Assembly (NCBI GenBank): GCA_045537035.1
Contig: JAZSOR010000031.1
Coordinates: 582 to 64,581, forward strand
From: Faecousia sp.
Lineage (GTDB): Bacteria > Bacillota > Clostridia > Oscillospirales > Oscillospiraceae
Reading direction: 5' to 3'
Length of the DNA stretch: 64,000 bases
The notes under the pieces are model-generated. The model saw nothing but the letters and a program-made list of their open reading frames with translations. It made no database searches and was not told the DNA's origin. How positions within the stretch are numbered: position 1 is the stretch's first letter; every line of letters begins with the position of its first letter. Both the position numbers and the translations under genes were made by a program. Below are positions 54,138 to 64,000 of this stretch, piece after piece.

Positions 54138-55697
54138 TTAATCGTCAATATCCAGTGCTTCAAGTCCCTTTCTACTCTCGGGCTTTGCATCACCGTGTCT
54201 AACAAAGAGCATAGTCACAAATGCAAGACCTGCAAAGATCGCTGCATAGGGGAACAATACGGTCATACCAATGCCGTCCATATCCATCAGCATACCGGAG
54301 AGCATAGGCGTAATGATCTGCGCTGTCATGGAAGCCGTGTAATAGAAGCCGGTATATTTACCGATATCGCCGCCGGAGCACATCTCAACGACCATGGGGA
54401 AAGAGTTGACATTGATGGTCGCCCAGCCGATGCCTGCCAGCGCGAACAGAACATTCATCAGCATCACGGGGCTGCCTGCCCGGAGGAACGATGCAGCGCC
54501 AAAGGCAGCTGTCAGCATAACGACACCGGCAAGGATGGTTTTCTTTCTGCCGATCTTGGAAGCAACCATACCTGCAGGCAGGTAGGCAACGATTGCAGCA
54601 GCCTGGGCGAGCAAAAGCGTGGTATTATAGTCCATATTCAGGATATTGCCTGCATACACAGCATATTTGGAGGTAACGGCATTATAACCGAAGTACCACA
54701 AAGCAATGGATGCCAGAATAAAGATCAAAGAACGCTTTTCGGCGGAGGAGAGCTTGCGCTTCTCCCCTTCCTCGGTCTGCGCCTCTTCAATACCCAGCGC
54801 AATACTCTCATCGCGCATCTGGGCAGACCATTTGGGCTCACGGACGGTCAAAAGGAAGATCACCAGCGCGCCCAGCATCAATCCTGCGATCACCGCGTAG
54901 TACACATTATAGCTCATCAGCTGATTGTGAACAGCGGATGTTGCAAAGACGATACCCAACACCAGCACCAGAATACCGCCGGCTGTTCCCATCAGATTGA
55001 TAACTGCATTTGCCTTACTGCGAAGAGGCTTAATCGTAACATCCGGCATCAAAGCAACCGCAGGGCTGCGGAATGTAGACATTGCAATGAGCAAAATCAG
55101 CAGGACACCGACGAACAGCACCAGCGGCATGGGCTTCTGGGCTGTAATATCTGCAGTGTATGCCTGACGGGCAGGAACGACATAATTGGTATATTCTTCG
55201 TTTGTGATCTCTTTACCGGTATTGGCGTCGGTAACTTTTGCCTTGATCTGCGTGAAATCCTCACGGGAATACACATCAGACAAAACAAAAGCCTCACCTT
55301 CCGGTGTCTGCAATTTTGTCTGCGCCTGGGTATCATAAATCGTTTCCAATGTTACAGCAGAATCAAAATCAGAAACAGCAGAAATATTCTTAAGCTGGGC
55401 ATTGTCGATGAATGACAAGGACAAAATAGCGATCGCAGCAATGATCGTACCAACAGTAATGAAAGGCGTACGCTTGCCATGTCTGGATGTACACTTATCA
55501 GACAGCGCGCCAAACAGCGGCAGCATGAAAACCGCAAGAATGTTGTCAAGAGCCATGATCACGCCGGACCATGTCTGAGACATGCCGAATTTGTTGGTCA
55601 AAATTACCGGGATGGTTGCGTCATAGGCCTGCCAGAAGGCGCTGATCAGAAAGAACGCAAAACCGACCAGGATCGTACGCTTATAGTTAAGTTTCAC
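54138..55697 (-). CDS. MFS transporter (GPH/sugar-type) with a large loop insertion
   Basis: GTG start; FGALSDKCTSRHGKRTPF, RSPAVALMPD, KIGRKKTI, GKYTGFYY; 12-TM pattern. Confidence 0.9.
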   Translation of the reverse strand: MKLNYKRTILVGFAFFLISAFWQAYDATIPVILTNKFGMSQTWSGVIMALDNILAVFMLPLFGALSDKCTSRHGKRTPFITVGTIIAAIAILSLSFIDNAQLKNISAVSDFDSAVTLETIYDTQAQTKLQTPEGEAFVLSDVYSREDFTQIKAKVTDANTGKEITNEEYTNYVVPARQAYTADITAQKPMPLVLFVGVLLILLIAMSTFRSPAVALMPDVTIKPLRSKANAVINLMGTAGGILVLVLGIVFATSAVHNQLMSYNVYYAVIAGLMLGALVIFLLTVREPKWSAQMRDESIALGIEEAQTEEGEKRKLSSAEKRSLIFILASIALWYFGYNAVTSKYAVYAGNILNMDYNTTLLLAQAAAIVAYLPAGMVASKIGRKKTILAGVVMLTAAFGAASFLRAGSPVMLMNVLFALAGIGWATINVNSFPMVVEMCSGGDIGKYTGFYYTASMTAQIITPMLSGMLMDMDGIGMTVLFPYAAIFAGLAFVTMLFVRHGDAKPESRKGLEALDIDD

Positions 55698-55774
55698 AGG
55701 TATTTCCCCCGTTCTTATATTTTTCTGTGGGTATGTTTTTATTATACATTTATTTCCGGAAAAGTCCACAGAAA

Positions 55775-55815
55775 AAACGAAGAAGCCCACAGCTGATCTG
55801 CAGATCAGCTGTGGA
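55775..55815 (-). terminator. tyrS terminator (perfect 28-bp palindrome)
   Basis: CCACAGCTGATCTG-CAGATCAGCTGTGG at 55787-55814, with a T-run on the minus strand. Confidence 0.8.
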
Positions 55816-55827
55816 CTAAACTATCTA

Positions 55828-57051
55828 TTAGGCTAAAACCGCTTTGTGGAATACCTTCTTACCCTTGCGGATCTTGACACCGTCACGGAGCATCTGCTCG
55901 GTAACAGCAAAGGTGTGGTCGGGAACTTTCTCGTCGTTGACAAACACACCGCCCTGCTGAAGCAGTCTGCGTGCCTCGCCGTTGGAGCCTGCCAAGCCGC
56001 AAGCAACCATCAGGTTCAAAATACCGATCTTGCCGTCAGCCAGTTTGTCTTCTGCAATTTCGGTAGTGGGCATATTGGCATCGTCACCGCCGCCTACGAA
56101 CAAACCCTTGGCTGCTGCCTGCGCCTTTGCAGCCTCTTCCTCGCCGTGGACAAGCTTGGTCAGCTCAAATGCGAGGATCTCTTTTGCCGTGTTCAGCTGC
56201 GCATCCTTCCAGTCAGACATAGCGTCAATTTCTTCCAAAGGCAGGAAGGTCAGCATGCGGATGCACTTGAGAACATCGGCATCTTCCACATTGCGCCAGT
56301 ACTGATAGAAATCAAAAGGACTCGTCTTGTTGGGATCCAGCCAAACCGCACCGGAGGCAGTCTTGCCCATCTTCTTACCCTCGGAGTTAAGAAGAAGGGT
56401 AATGGTCATAGCATGGGCATCTTTACCCAGCTTACGGCGGATCAGCTCAGTACCGCCGAGCATGTTGCTCCACTGGTCATTGCCGCCAAACTGCATATTG
56501 CAGCCGTAATTCTGATACAGATAGTAGAAGTCGTAGGACTGCATGATCATGTAGTTAAATTCCAGGAAGCTCAGGCCCTTTTCCATACGCTGCTTGTAGC
56601 ACTCAGCGCGGAGCATATTGTTGACAGAAAAGCAAGCGCCCACTTCACGCAGGACATCCACATAGTTAAGGTCCAAAAGCCAATCGGCATTGTTGACCAT
56701 CTTTGCCTTATCTTCACCAAACTCGATAAACCGCTCCATCTGCTTTTTGAAGCAAGCACAGTTGTGAGCAATGGTCTCCTTGGTCATCATGGAACGCATA
56801 TCGGTTCTGCCGGAGGGGTCACCGATCATAGCTGTGCCGCCGCCGATCAACGCAATGGGCTTGTTACCTGCCATCTGTAGCCGCTTCATCAGGCACAGTG
56901 CCATAAAGTGACCCACATGCAAAGAATCGGCAGTGGGGTCAAAGCCGATGTAGAAGGTGGCCTTGCCGTTGTCGATCATTTCCCGAATTTCTTCTTCGTT
57001 GGTCACCTGGGCGATCAAGCCTCTGGCAACCAGTTCATCATACAGTTTCAT
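55828..57051 (-). CDS. tyrS: Tyrosine-tRNA ligase
   Basis: [34 protein letters not shown]-terminal S4 domain. Confidence 0.98.
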   Translation of the reverse strand: MKLYDELVARGLIAQVTNEEEIREMIDNGKATFYIGFDPTADSLHVGHFMALCLMKRLQMAGNKPIALIGGGTAMIGDPSGRTDMRSMMTKETIAHNCACFKKQMERFIEFGEDKAKMVNNADWLLDLNYVDVLREVGACFSVNNMLRAECYKQRMEKGLSFLEFNYMIMQSYDFYYLYQNYGCNMQFGGNDQWSNMLGGTELIRRKLGKDAHAMTITLLLNSEGKKMGKTASGAVWLDPNKTSPFDFYQYWRNVEDADVLKCIRMLTFLPLEEIDAMSDWKDAQLNTAKEILAFELTKLVHGEEEAAKAQAAAKGLFVGGGDDANMPTTEIAEDKLADGKIGILNLMVACGLAGSNGEARRLLQQGGVFVNDEKVPDHTFAVTEQMLRDGVKIRKGKKVFHKAVLA

Positions 57052-57062
57052 ATCTATCCTCC

Positions 57063-57322
57063 AAAAAAATAAAGTCCTCTGCCCTTACGGACAGAGGACG
57101 CAAATTACGTGGTACCACCTCTGATTCGCCTGCATCTCGCAATACAGACCTCACAGCGTCTTAGGACGCCTTCGCAATATCGGGCGAACCCGTTCTTCCC
57201 TACATTTCTTCAGGAAGACCGCTCCGGGATGTATTTGGGCGCGCATTCCTGCTGCCTTGCACCAACCGGCAGTTCTCTGAAGGAATCGATACGCTTACTT
57301 CTTCCCATCACAGCGTTGTGAA
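57063..57322 (-). ncRNA. T-box riboswitch (Tyr)
   Basis: Minus strand CAGAGA, GGTG, specifier TAC (57231-33), T-box AATCAGAGGTGGTACCACG (57108-26), terminator GTCCTCTG/CAGAGGAC plus T-run. Confidence 0.93.
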
Positions 57323-57374
57323 TATCCTAACAAATTACAGGTGATTTGTCAAGCAAATTACCGATGCAGTAGTC

Positions 57375-59027
57375 TTAAGAAAGGTCCAGCATTTCCTCTG
57401 CGCTTTTTAGCGTTGTTTCAGTAATGTTTGCGCCGCCAATGATCCGCGCCAGTTCCTGCTTTCTGCCGTCAAGATCCAAAGGTGTCACTGTGGTATATGT
57501 TCTGCCGGAGCGTTCCTCTTTGGATATGAGCAAATGGGTCGTTGCCAGAGCTGCCAGTTGGGGCAGATGCGTGACACAAAGCACCTGCCGGGATGTTGCC
57601 ACACTTCTGAGCTTTTCGGCAACACGCTGCGCAGCGCGTCCGGATACGCCCGTATCCACCTCGTCAAAGATCAAGGTTCCCACCTGGTCTCTGTCAGCCA
57701 GGACATTTTTCATAGCCAGCATAATACGGGCAAGCTCACCGCCGGAAGCAACCTTACTCAAAGGTTTCAGCGCTTCACCGGCATTGGCGGACATGTAAAA
57801 TGCCACCGCGTCTGCGCCGCCGGCGCCCAAAGCAATTTCCGTAAATTCGCAGGAGAATTGCACACGGGGCATATCCAGCTGGGCAAGTTCCGTTAAGATC
57901 CGTTCAGATAAATGCTGCGCTGCCTGCTCTCTGCTCCAACGAAGCGCATACGCAGCTTCCCACGCTTCTTTTTCCGCTGCATCGCACTTGACCTTTAACT
58001 TCTCAAGGCGGTCGTCGGCAAATTCGATCTCGTCAAGCTCCTGCTTTGCACCCTCAAGATAGGAGAGGATATCCGCACAGGTAGCGCCATACTTGCGGCG
58101 CAGCCGATGGATCACATCCAGTCTCCCTTCGATCTGCTCCAGTTCATCTGCTGAATAGCTTAAGCTGTCCCGGACATCTCTCGCCTCTTCTGCCGCATCC
58201 TGCACCTGATACATCAGATCTGCGACGCGCTCATGAAGCGCTGAAAAGGCATCTGTATAACGCGATAGTCTGGAAAGTTCCCGCTCCGCATCTGCCAGCA
58301 AAGATGCCGCGCCGTCAGAATCGTCACCGCCGTAAAGCGCTTCTACCGCCGCATTGATGCCGTCACTTAGTTTCTCTGCATTCTGGAGGATCTTCCGACG
58401 CTCTTCCAGCTGTTCGTCCTCACCGACTTCCAGATCTGCTTTTGTTATCTCCTCGATCTGATAGCGAAGAGTTTCCATACGCCGCAGCTTCTCGCTCTCA
58501 TCCATGGTCATATTCTGGATCTGTCGGCGAAGCTCTGCAAGGACACCATACTTCTCGCTGTAAGTATCGCGCAGCTGCTGATTATCTGCAAAGGAGTCAA
58601 GATACACCAGGTGATTATCTTCATCGAACAGTGAAGCAGAATCATGCTGACCGTGAATATTGATCAGCTGAATACCCAATTTCCGCAAAATGGACACTGT
58701 CACAAGGACACCGTTTACACGGCAGATATTTTTACCGTCGGCAAATACTTCCCGCTGTATGATGGTTTCCGGGTCATATTCAACCCCGTTTTCTGCAAAC
58801 CACGGAAGTTCCGGCACTTCTGTGAACACAGCCCGTACGGAGGCTTTATTCGTACCGGTACGGATCATATCTCTGTAAGCCCGTTCTCCCAAAACAGCAC
58901 TGATCGCATCGATCACGATGGATTTACCTGCACCGGTCTCACCGGTCAGCACATTAAATCCGTTATCAAAGGAAATGTCAGCGCATTCAATAACCGCAAT
59001 ATTCTCAATATGCAGCAAACTCAGCAT
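57375..59027 (-). CDS. recN: DNA repair protein RecN
   Basis: TGETGAGKS, IHGQH, ASGGELAR, IFDEVDTGVSG, VTHLPQ. Confidence 0.97.
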   Translation of the reverse strand: MLSLLHIENIAVIECADISFDNGFNVLTGETGAGKSIVIDAISAVLGERAYRDMIRTGTNKASVRAVFTEVPELPWFAENGVEYDPETIIQREVFADGKNICRVNGVLVTVSILRKLGIQLINIHGQHDSASLFDEDNHLVYLDSFADNQQLRDTYSEKYGVLAELRRQIQNMTMDESEKLRRMETLRYQIEEITKADLEVGEDEQLEERRKILQNAEKLSDGINAAVEALYGGDDSDGAASLLADAERELSRLSRYTDAFSALHERVADLMYQVQDAAEEARDVRDSLSYSADELEQIEGRLDVIHRLRRKYGATCADILSYLEGAKQELDEIEFADDRLEKLKVKCDAAEKEAWEAAYALRWSREQAAQHLSERILTELAQLDMPRVQFSCEFTEIALGAGGADAVAFYMSANAGEALKPLSKVASGGELARIMLAMKNVLADRDQVGTLIFDEVDTGVSGRAAQRVAEKLRSVATSRQVLCVTHLPQLAALATTHLLISKEERSGRTYTTVTPLDLDGRKQELARIIGGANITETTLKSAEEMLDLS

Positions 59028-59044
59028 GACATCGCCCCCTTAAA

Positions 59045-59497
59045 TCAATTAATAAGATTCTTGATCTCTCCGCAGAATGCTGCGGCTGCGTTGCTGTCGC
59101 GCATTACAACCATGACGGTATCGTCACCGGCCAGTGTACCTACGACCAGGCTCAGATTCATAGAATCGATGGCAGAGCCTGCCGCAGAAGCAAGGCCCGG
59201 CAGCGTGCGGATCACAATGATGTTCTGCGCATAGTCATAACCGACCACACACTCGCGGAAAATGGTATTTAACTTATTGGAGAAGGAACCGGAAACCTCG
59301 TTGGAAGAAACCGTATATCGGTAGGTGCCCAGAGAGGTCAATTCCTTAACGATACGCAGATCTTTGATATCTCTGGAGATGGTCGCCTGCGTTCCACCGA
59401 ATCCTTCTTTTTTCAGCGCTTCCAGCAGCTGTTCCTGAGTCTCTACATTGCGTGTGGAAATAATTTCCATGATCTTCGCTTGTCTTTGACTTTTCAT
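59045..59497 (-). CDS. argR: Arginine repressor
   Basis: TQEQL, TQATISRDIK, RTLPG, GTLAGDDT. Confidence 0.96.
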   Translation of the reverse strand: MKSQRQAKIMEIISTRNVETQEQLLEALKKEGFGGTQATISRDIKDLRIVKELTSLGTYRYTVSSNEVSGSFSNKLNTIFRECVVGYDYAQNIIVIRTLPGLASAAGSAIDSMNLSLVVGTLAGDDTVMVVMRDSNAAAAFCGEIKNLIN

Positions 59498-59507
59498 GGC
59501 TGTCACC

Positions 59508-60371
59508 TCAATTAATTCTGAATTTCATGTTGACAACATCATAAAAACTGCGATCTTTCAAACGGACCAGCTTTGTTGCCAAGTTGGATTTGCGGATGGT
59601 TGCGATATCGCCCATATTCATCCGGAATGCCTTACCGCCGTCAACGGATAAATATCCGTTTCTTCTGGCATTACGCGTCAGTTCAACGCTGATCACACGC
59701 TTTTCCGATGCAATGAATCCCCGGCTTGCCACATCATGGGCGCAAATGGGCGTCACAACAATGGAATTTGCTTCCGGCTCTACAATAGGGCCTCCGGCGG
59801 AAAGGCTGTAGGCCGTAGAACCGGTCGGTGTTGCGACAATAATGCCGTCGCCGCTGCATTCCATTGCCTGCACACTGTCACATCTAACAGCCAGATGGAC
59901 AATCCGTGCCACTGCGCCCTTTGTAATGACCACATCGTTTAAGCAGATATCGTGGAAAATAATATCTCTGTCACGCTGGACGACCACATCCAGCATCATA
60001 CGCTCGTCGATAGCATAATCATCCTGCGCCAATCGGGCAAGCTGCCCAAGTTCTGTGCTTTCCAGTTCCGCCATAAAGCCCATGGTACCAATATTCACAC
60101 CAAGAATGGGAACGCCCTGACGGGTTGCGGCTTTTGCCATGTGCAGGATCGTACCGTCACCGCCAAAGCAAACCACCGCATCCGCGGTAGGCAGTTCTCT
60201 GTCAAGACGGGAAAACCGCAGATCCTTCGGCAAGTCGCAAGTCCTGTCTACCTCAAAAGGCAGACATAAACGCACCTCAATTCCGCTGTTGCGTAAAACC
60301 TCTGCAGCTTCCCGAACGGTCTGGAAATTTTTATCACGGTATGGATTTGGGGTCAGAATTACTTTTTTCAT
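59508..60371 (-). CDS. nadK: NAD kinase
   Basis: GGDGTIL, GVNIGTMGFM, LND, TPTGSTAYSLSAGGP. Confidence 0.96.
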   Translation of the reverse strand: MKKVILTPNPYRDKNFQTVREAAEVLRNSGIEVRLCLPFEVDRTCDLPKDLRFSRLDRELPTADAVVCFGGDGTILHMAKAATRQGVPILGVNIGTMGFMAELESTELGQLARLAQDDYAIDERMMLDVVVQRDRDIIFHDICLNDVVITKGAVARIVHLAVRCDSVQAMECSGDGIIVATPTGSTAYSLSAGGPIVEPEANSIVVTPICAHDVASRGFIASEKRVISVELTRNARRNGYLSVDGGKAFRMNMGDIATIRKSNLATKLVRLKDRSFYDVVNMKFRIN

Positions 60372-60376
60372 CAGGA

Positions 60377-61180
60377 TCACCCCTTTAATGTTTCGTGGGC
60401 CTGGGATACGACCAGGGCAGTATCCGGCTCAAAACCCACTTTTTCGTCCAATGTCAGATGGGCAAGAAATTCGATATTGCCCTCCGGGCCTTTGACCGGA
60501 GAGAAAGTCAAACCAAGAATCGTAAAATCCAGTTCCTTTGTCAGTGCCACAAATTGATCAAGCACCTCTTTGTGGGTATCCGGATCCCGGACAACGCCTT
60601 TCTTGCCCACTTTTTCCTTACCAGCCTCAAACTGCGGCTTGATCAGACACAGCACCTGACCGGTTGGTTTCAAAAAGGTTTTGATGACCGGCAATACGAT
60701 TCTTAGTGAAATAAAGCTGACATCGATCACCGAAAGGTCCAAAGGCTCTCCTAACTGTTCCGGTGTCACATAGCGCACATTGGTGCGCTCCATGACAACA
60801 ACACGGGGATCGGAGCGGATCTTCCAGTCCAGCTGTCCGTAACCTACATCGATGGCAAACACTTTGCGTGCGCCCTGCTGCAGCAAGCAGTCCGTAAAAC
60901 CGCCGGTAGATGCACCAGAGTCACTGCAAACATAGCCGGTAGGATCAACGCCAAAATCCCGCAGCGCTTTCTCGAGCTTCAGACCGCCGCGGCTGACATA
61001 AGGGCATGTAGCGCCCCGGACTTCAAGCTGTACCGTTTCCTCATAGGAAATACCGGGCTTGTCCGCTTTCTGCCCGTCAACATACACCTGACCGCTCATA
61101 ATAATGGCTTGGGCCTTTGTCCGTGAATCTGCATATCCCTGTTCCACAAGAAGGACATCCAGTCTCTTTTTAATTTTCAA
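60377..61180 (-). CDS. tlyA: TlyA-family rRNA 2'-O-methyltransferase
   Basis: KRLDVLL, YVSRGGLKL, GASTGGFTD, DVSFISL, LIKPQFE, GNIEF. Confidence 0.96.
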   Translation of the reverse strand: MKIKKRLDVLLVEQGYADSRTKAQAIIMSGQVYVDGQKADKPGISYEETVQLEVRGATCPYVSRGGLKLEKALRDFGVDPTGYVCSDSGASTGGFTDCLLQQGARKVFAIDVGYGQLDWKIRSDPRVVVMERTNVRYVTPEQLGEPLDLSVIDVSFISLRIVLPVIKTFLKPTGQVLCLIKPQFEAGKEKVGKKGVVRDPDTHKEVLDQFVALTKELDFTILGLTFSPVKGPEGNIEFLAHLTLDEKVGFEPDTALVVSQAHETLKG

Positions 61181-63050
61181 CTGCGATTACCTCCTTAATA
61201 TAAGCCGCGACAGATTCTCCGTCCAGTCCGTGATGACGGTAGAGCTGCTCAGCAGATCCGTGGGTCACATAGTCCTCGCCCAAGTCAATACTGTCAACAC
61301 GGCAGCCTGGTTTTATCTGCATAATTTTCCATGCCAGATCCTGGGCAACACCACTGCCTTTGCATACTTCTTCCAAAACAATTACACGAGTGCATGCAGG
61401 ATCTATTATTTTACATATTTCATCGTAGGAAAGGGGTGAAACAGAAAGCAAACGGATAACAGATACACTGATTCCTTGTTTCTGTAAAATGTCCGCCGCT
61501 GTAAGGGCATTGTTGATCAATGTGCCGTAGGTAATGATCGCAGCATCGGTTCCGTTTCTGTGACAGTAAACACCCGTATCAGAGCATTCCTGCCATGCCG
61601 AGTTGCTATAAGACAAGTCACCGCCTCTGGAGTAGCGCACCGCAACAGGACCGTCGTGTTCCAAAACTGCCCACTGCATCATATCCTTCAGTTCCGCAAC
61701 GCTGGCAGGACACAAGAGCGTCATGCCGGGCGCCTGACGCAGAAAACCTACATCAAAAACACCATGATGTGTCTCGCCATCCTCGCCCACAAGACCGGCT
61801 CTGTCAACAGCAAGCACAGCATGCAATTTCTGCATGCATACATCCTGCAGGATCATGTCATAACTGCGCTGTAAAAATGTAGAATACAGCGCAATAACAG
61901 GGATCATACCCTGCTTTGCCAAGCCGCCTGCCATGGACATGGCATGCTCTTCCGCGATACCTACATCGAACATTCTCTTCGGAAAGCTTTTTTTGAACTG
62001 CAAAAGTCCGGTGCCACCTGGCATTGCTGCGGTAATGGCGCAGACGCGGTCATCTTTTGCAGCCAATTCACACATCACATTGCCAAAGGCATCCGAGAAG
62101 GTGTCCGTTTTCTTTTCGGGCACTTCGCCGGTTACCGGATCAAATTTACCTACGCCGTGAAACAGCTTCGGATGGATCTCTGCCGGGGCGTAGCCCTTGC
62201 CTTTTTGGGTAATGACATGAAGCAGTACGGGCCGTTTCATATTACGGGCGATCTGCAGTAGGGAAATCAGATTTTCCGTATCGTGACCGTCCACCGGGCC
62301 AAGGTAGGTAAAGCCCATACACTCAAAGATCGTCTCCGGGATCAGCATACGACGCACCCGGTCTTTGATATTGCGGGTAAGGTGATAGATAAATTCACCG
62401 CCGGGGATCTTGGACAAAAAACGACGATACTTTTGTTTCATGCCAAGGTAGCGTTCCTTGGTACGCAGCTTCGACAAGTGAGATGCCATGCCGCCTACAT
62501 TACGGTCAATGGACAGCTCGTTATCGTTGAGAATAACGATCATTGGCTCATTGCTGACAGCAGCATCATTCATGCCCTCATAGACCATACCACCGGTTGC
62601 CGCACCGTCACCCAAAAGTGTAACGACCTGGTAATCCTGACCGGACAGAGTTCTTGCCCGTGCCATACCGAGGGCAATAGACACCGAGCTGGAGGAATGA
62701 CCTGCCACAAATGCATCGCAGATGCTCTCAGACGGCTTCGGAAAGCCTGCCATACCGCCGAATTGGCGCAAAGTATCAAAGCCCGCCTGGCGGTCGGTCA
62801 AAATCTTATGGACATAAGACTGATGACCCACATCAAATACCAGGCGGTCATGTTCCGTATTAAACACAGTCTCGATAGCAACCGTCAGCTCCACAACACC
62901 CAAGTTGGATGCCAGGTGACCGCCGGTCTTACTGATCCGGGAAACCAGAAATTCCCGGATCTCCCGGCACAGCTGCTCTCGCTGCTGTTCATCCAGCAGG
63001 CGCAAATCATCGTGACCGTGGATATTCTCCAAAATACTCACAGGTAACAC
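61170..63050 (-). CDS. dxs: 1-deoxy-D-xylulose-5-phosphate synthase
   Basis: GGHLASNLG, DVGHQSY, GDGA..ILNDN, GPVDGH, DVGIAEEH, DRAGLVGEDGETHHG. Confidence 0.97.
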   Translation of the reverse strand: MLPVSILENIHGHDDLRLLDEQQREQLCREIREFLVSRISKTGGHLASNLGVVELTVAIETVFNTEHDRLVFDVGHQSYVHKILTDRQAGFDTLRQFGGMAGFPKPSESICDAFVAGHSSSSVSIALGMARARTLSGQDYQVVTLLGDGAATGGMVYEGMNDAAVSNEPMIVILNDNELSIDRNVGGMASHLSKLRTKERYLGMKQKYRRFLSKIPGGEFIYHLTRNIKDRVRRMLIPETIFECMGFTYLGPVDGHDTENLISLLQIARNMKRPVLLHVITQKGKGYAPAEIHPKLFHGVGKFDPVTGEVPEKKTDTFSDAFGNVMCELAAKDDRVCAITAAMPGGTGLLQFKKSFPKRMFDVGIAEEHAMSMAGGLAKQGMIPVIALYSTFLQRSYDMILQDVCMQKLHAVLAVDRAGLVGEDGETHHGVFDVGFLRQAPGMTLLCPASVAELKDMMQWAVLEHDGPVAVRYSRGGDLSYSNSAWQECSDTGVYCHRNGTDAAIITYGTLINNALTAADILQKQGISVSVIRLLSVSPLSYDEICKIIDPACTRVIVLEEVCKGSGVAQDLAWKIMQIKPGCRVDSIDLGEDYVTHGSAEQLYRHHGLDGESVAAYIKEVIAVEN

Positions 63051-63053
63051 AAC

Positions 63054-63647
63054 CTAACTATTTCTTTTCTTTCCTTTAACAAATGCAGGGATATGCCTGA
63101 TGAAATAAATCACTCTGGCAACGAAGGACACAATCTGCGTAGAGGAATTGATCGCAAAGGTTTTACCCATAGCCTTTCCGCCAACGGTCAGACCGGCAAC
63201 GAGAGCAGACATGAGAAGCGACATCATCTGTGGCCATGCAAATTCAAAATTCCGCAGAACCTGCGCTGCAATGGTCGCAGATGCAGAACCGGACACAACA
63301 CCGCAGATATCGCCCACCACATCATTGCAGATAGAGCTGACTTTTTCCGCGCTGCGAAGCAGACGGATCGCCTCCAGGCCACCGGGCACTTTACGCGCCG
63401 CCATGGAATGAAAGGGTTTTTCATCAGCAGATGTGACCGCAACGCCGATCACATCAAAAATAATACCGATCAGCACGATGGTCAGCAGAATTAAAAACGC
63501 AATAAAAATGGTACTCGATTCCATGATCACATCTGAGATCAGAGAGATCGCACCGGATACAAAAATCGTTACAAGAAAAATAGTGACGACCCAACGGATC
63601 GTCTTATTCCGCTCCTTCTTTGAAGCAGATGGGTCGGATTTAGACAC
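63054..63647 (-). CDS. oapA: OLE-associated protein A (4-TM, DUF21/CNNM-like)
   Basis: Four hydrophobic helices; FDVIGVAV, PFHSMAA, KVSSICNDVVGDICGVVSG (DxxGD), TVGGKA; sits between a long structured RNA and dxs-tlyA-nadK-argR-recN. Confidence 0.85.
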   Translation of the reverse strand: MSKSDPSASKKERNKTIRWVVTIFLVTIFVSGAISLISDVIMESSTIFIAFLILLTIVLIGIIFDVIGVAVTSADEKPFHSMAARKVPGGLEAIRLLRSAEKVSSICNDVVGDICGVVSGSASATIAAQVLRNFEFAWPQMMSLLMSALVAGLTVGGKAMGKTFAINSSTQIVSFVARVIYFIRHIPAFVKGKKRNS

Positions 63648-63671
63648 AGGTCTTATCCCCTTTTTATAAGT

Positions 63672-64000
63672 AATGTAAGACGGTGGCAGGCAGGATAAAT
63701 CTTACGGCTTAGGTCGGGTTGTTTTTCACCGGACAGAACCTGTCGTTGCCGCGCAGGCCGTTCCCGTTTGATCCGTCCGCTCAAGCGTTGCCAACTTGAA
63801 TACCCGATTGCCACTTAGTCCGTACTGTAATCCCCTGTCTGCCCCGTTAAGACAGCCTAGGTGTTTTCCACCGCAAAACAATCCGGCTCTTAGCCTCTTT
63901 TGCAAGGATGGTTTCCAGAAGCGATGACGCCAGATGCATGGCCATTGCATACAGACGCTTGTCCTCTTTCCCCGCATACTCACTCAAGGCAGGCTACACT
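63672..64000 (-). ncRNA. ole: OLE RNA, 3' portion (5' part lies outside the window)
   Basis: At least 330 nt with no credible CDS and many hairpins (TCAAG-ttggcaacg-CTTGA, CTGTC/GACAG, CCTG/CAGG); AGTGTAGCCTGCCTTGAG and AACCCGACC segments that I recall from OLE RNAs; diagnostic position upstream of oapA. 3' end approximate. Confidence 0.82.

Overview
Chromosomal window from a spore-forming, moderate-GC Clostridia-class Firmicute (Oscillospiraceae-like by protein style; inference). Mostly core genes: D,D-carboxypeptidase divergent from a comEA-response regulator-histidine kinase-GerMN operon; nnrD-lipoprotein-mazF; T-box pheST; ireB/reoM; spoVAD-spoVAE; addBA; ispE-spoIIR; a divergent Zn-ribbon/Ig protein and atypical receptor Ser/Thr kinase; a complete shikimate-Phe/Tyr operon; T-box cysS-polA-rimI-tsaD; Cu ATPase; queA-tgt-yajC; dapA; T-box tyrS; and OLE RNA-oapA-dxs-tlyA-nadK-argR-recN. 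No IS, prophage, CRISPR, tRNA or rRNA was seen. The best signals are absent from the ORF track. (1) A 20-aa Phe/Tyr-rich leader peptide with a full 1:2 / 2:3 / 3:4 attenuator precedes the aro operon. (2) A 56-aa, 87.5% Asn/Gln microprotein with five NNQQ repeats has its own forespore-type promoter. (3) A dif/XerD-like site sits about 95 bp from three tandem DnaA-box-like motifs. (4) An antitoxin-less MazF has a SigF-like promoter. (5) Recurrent hairpins hide the RBS and overlap sporulation promoters. (6) A 42-aa ORF overlaps the start of truA.
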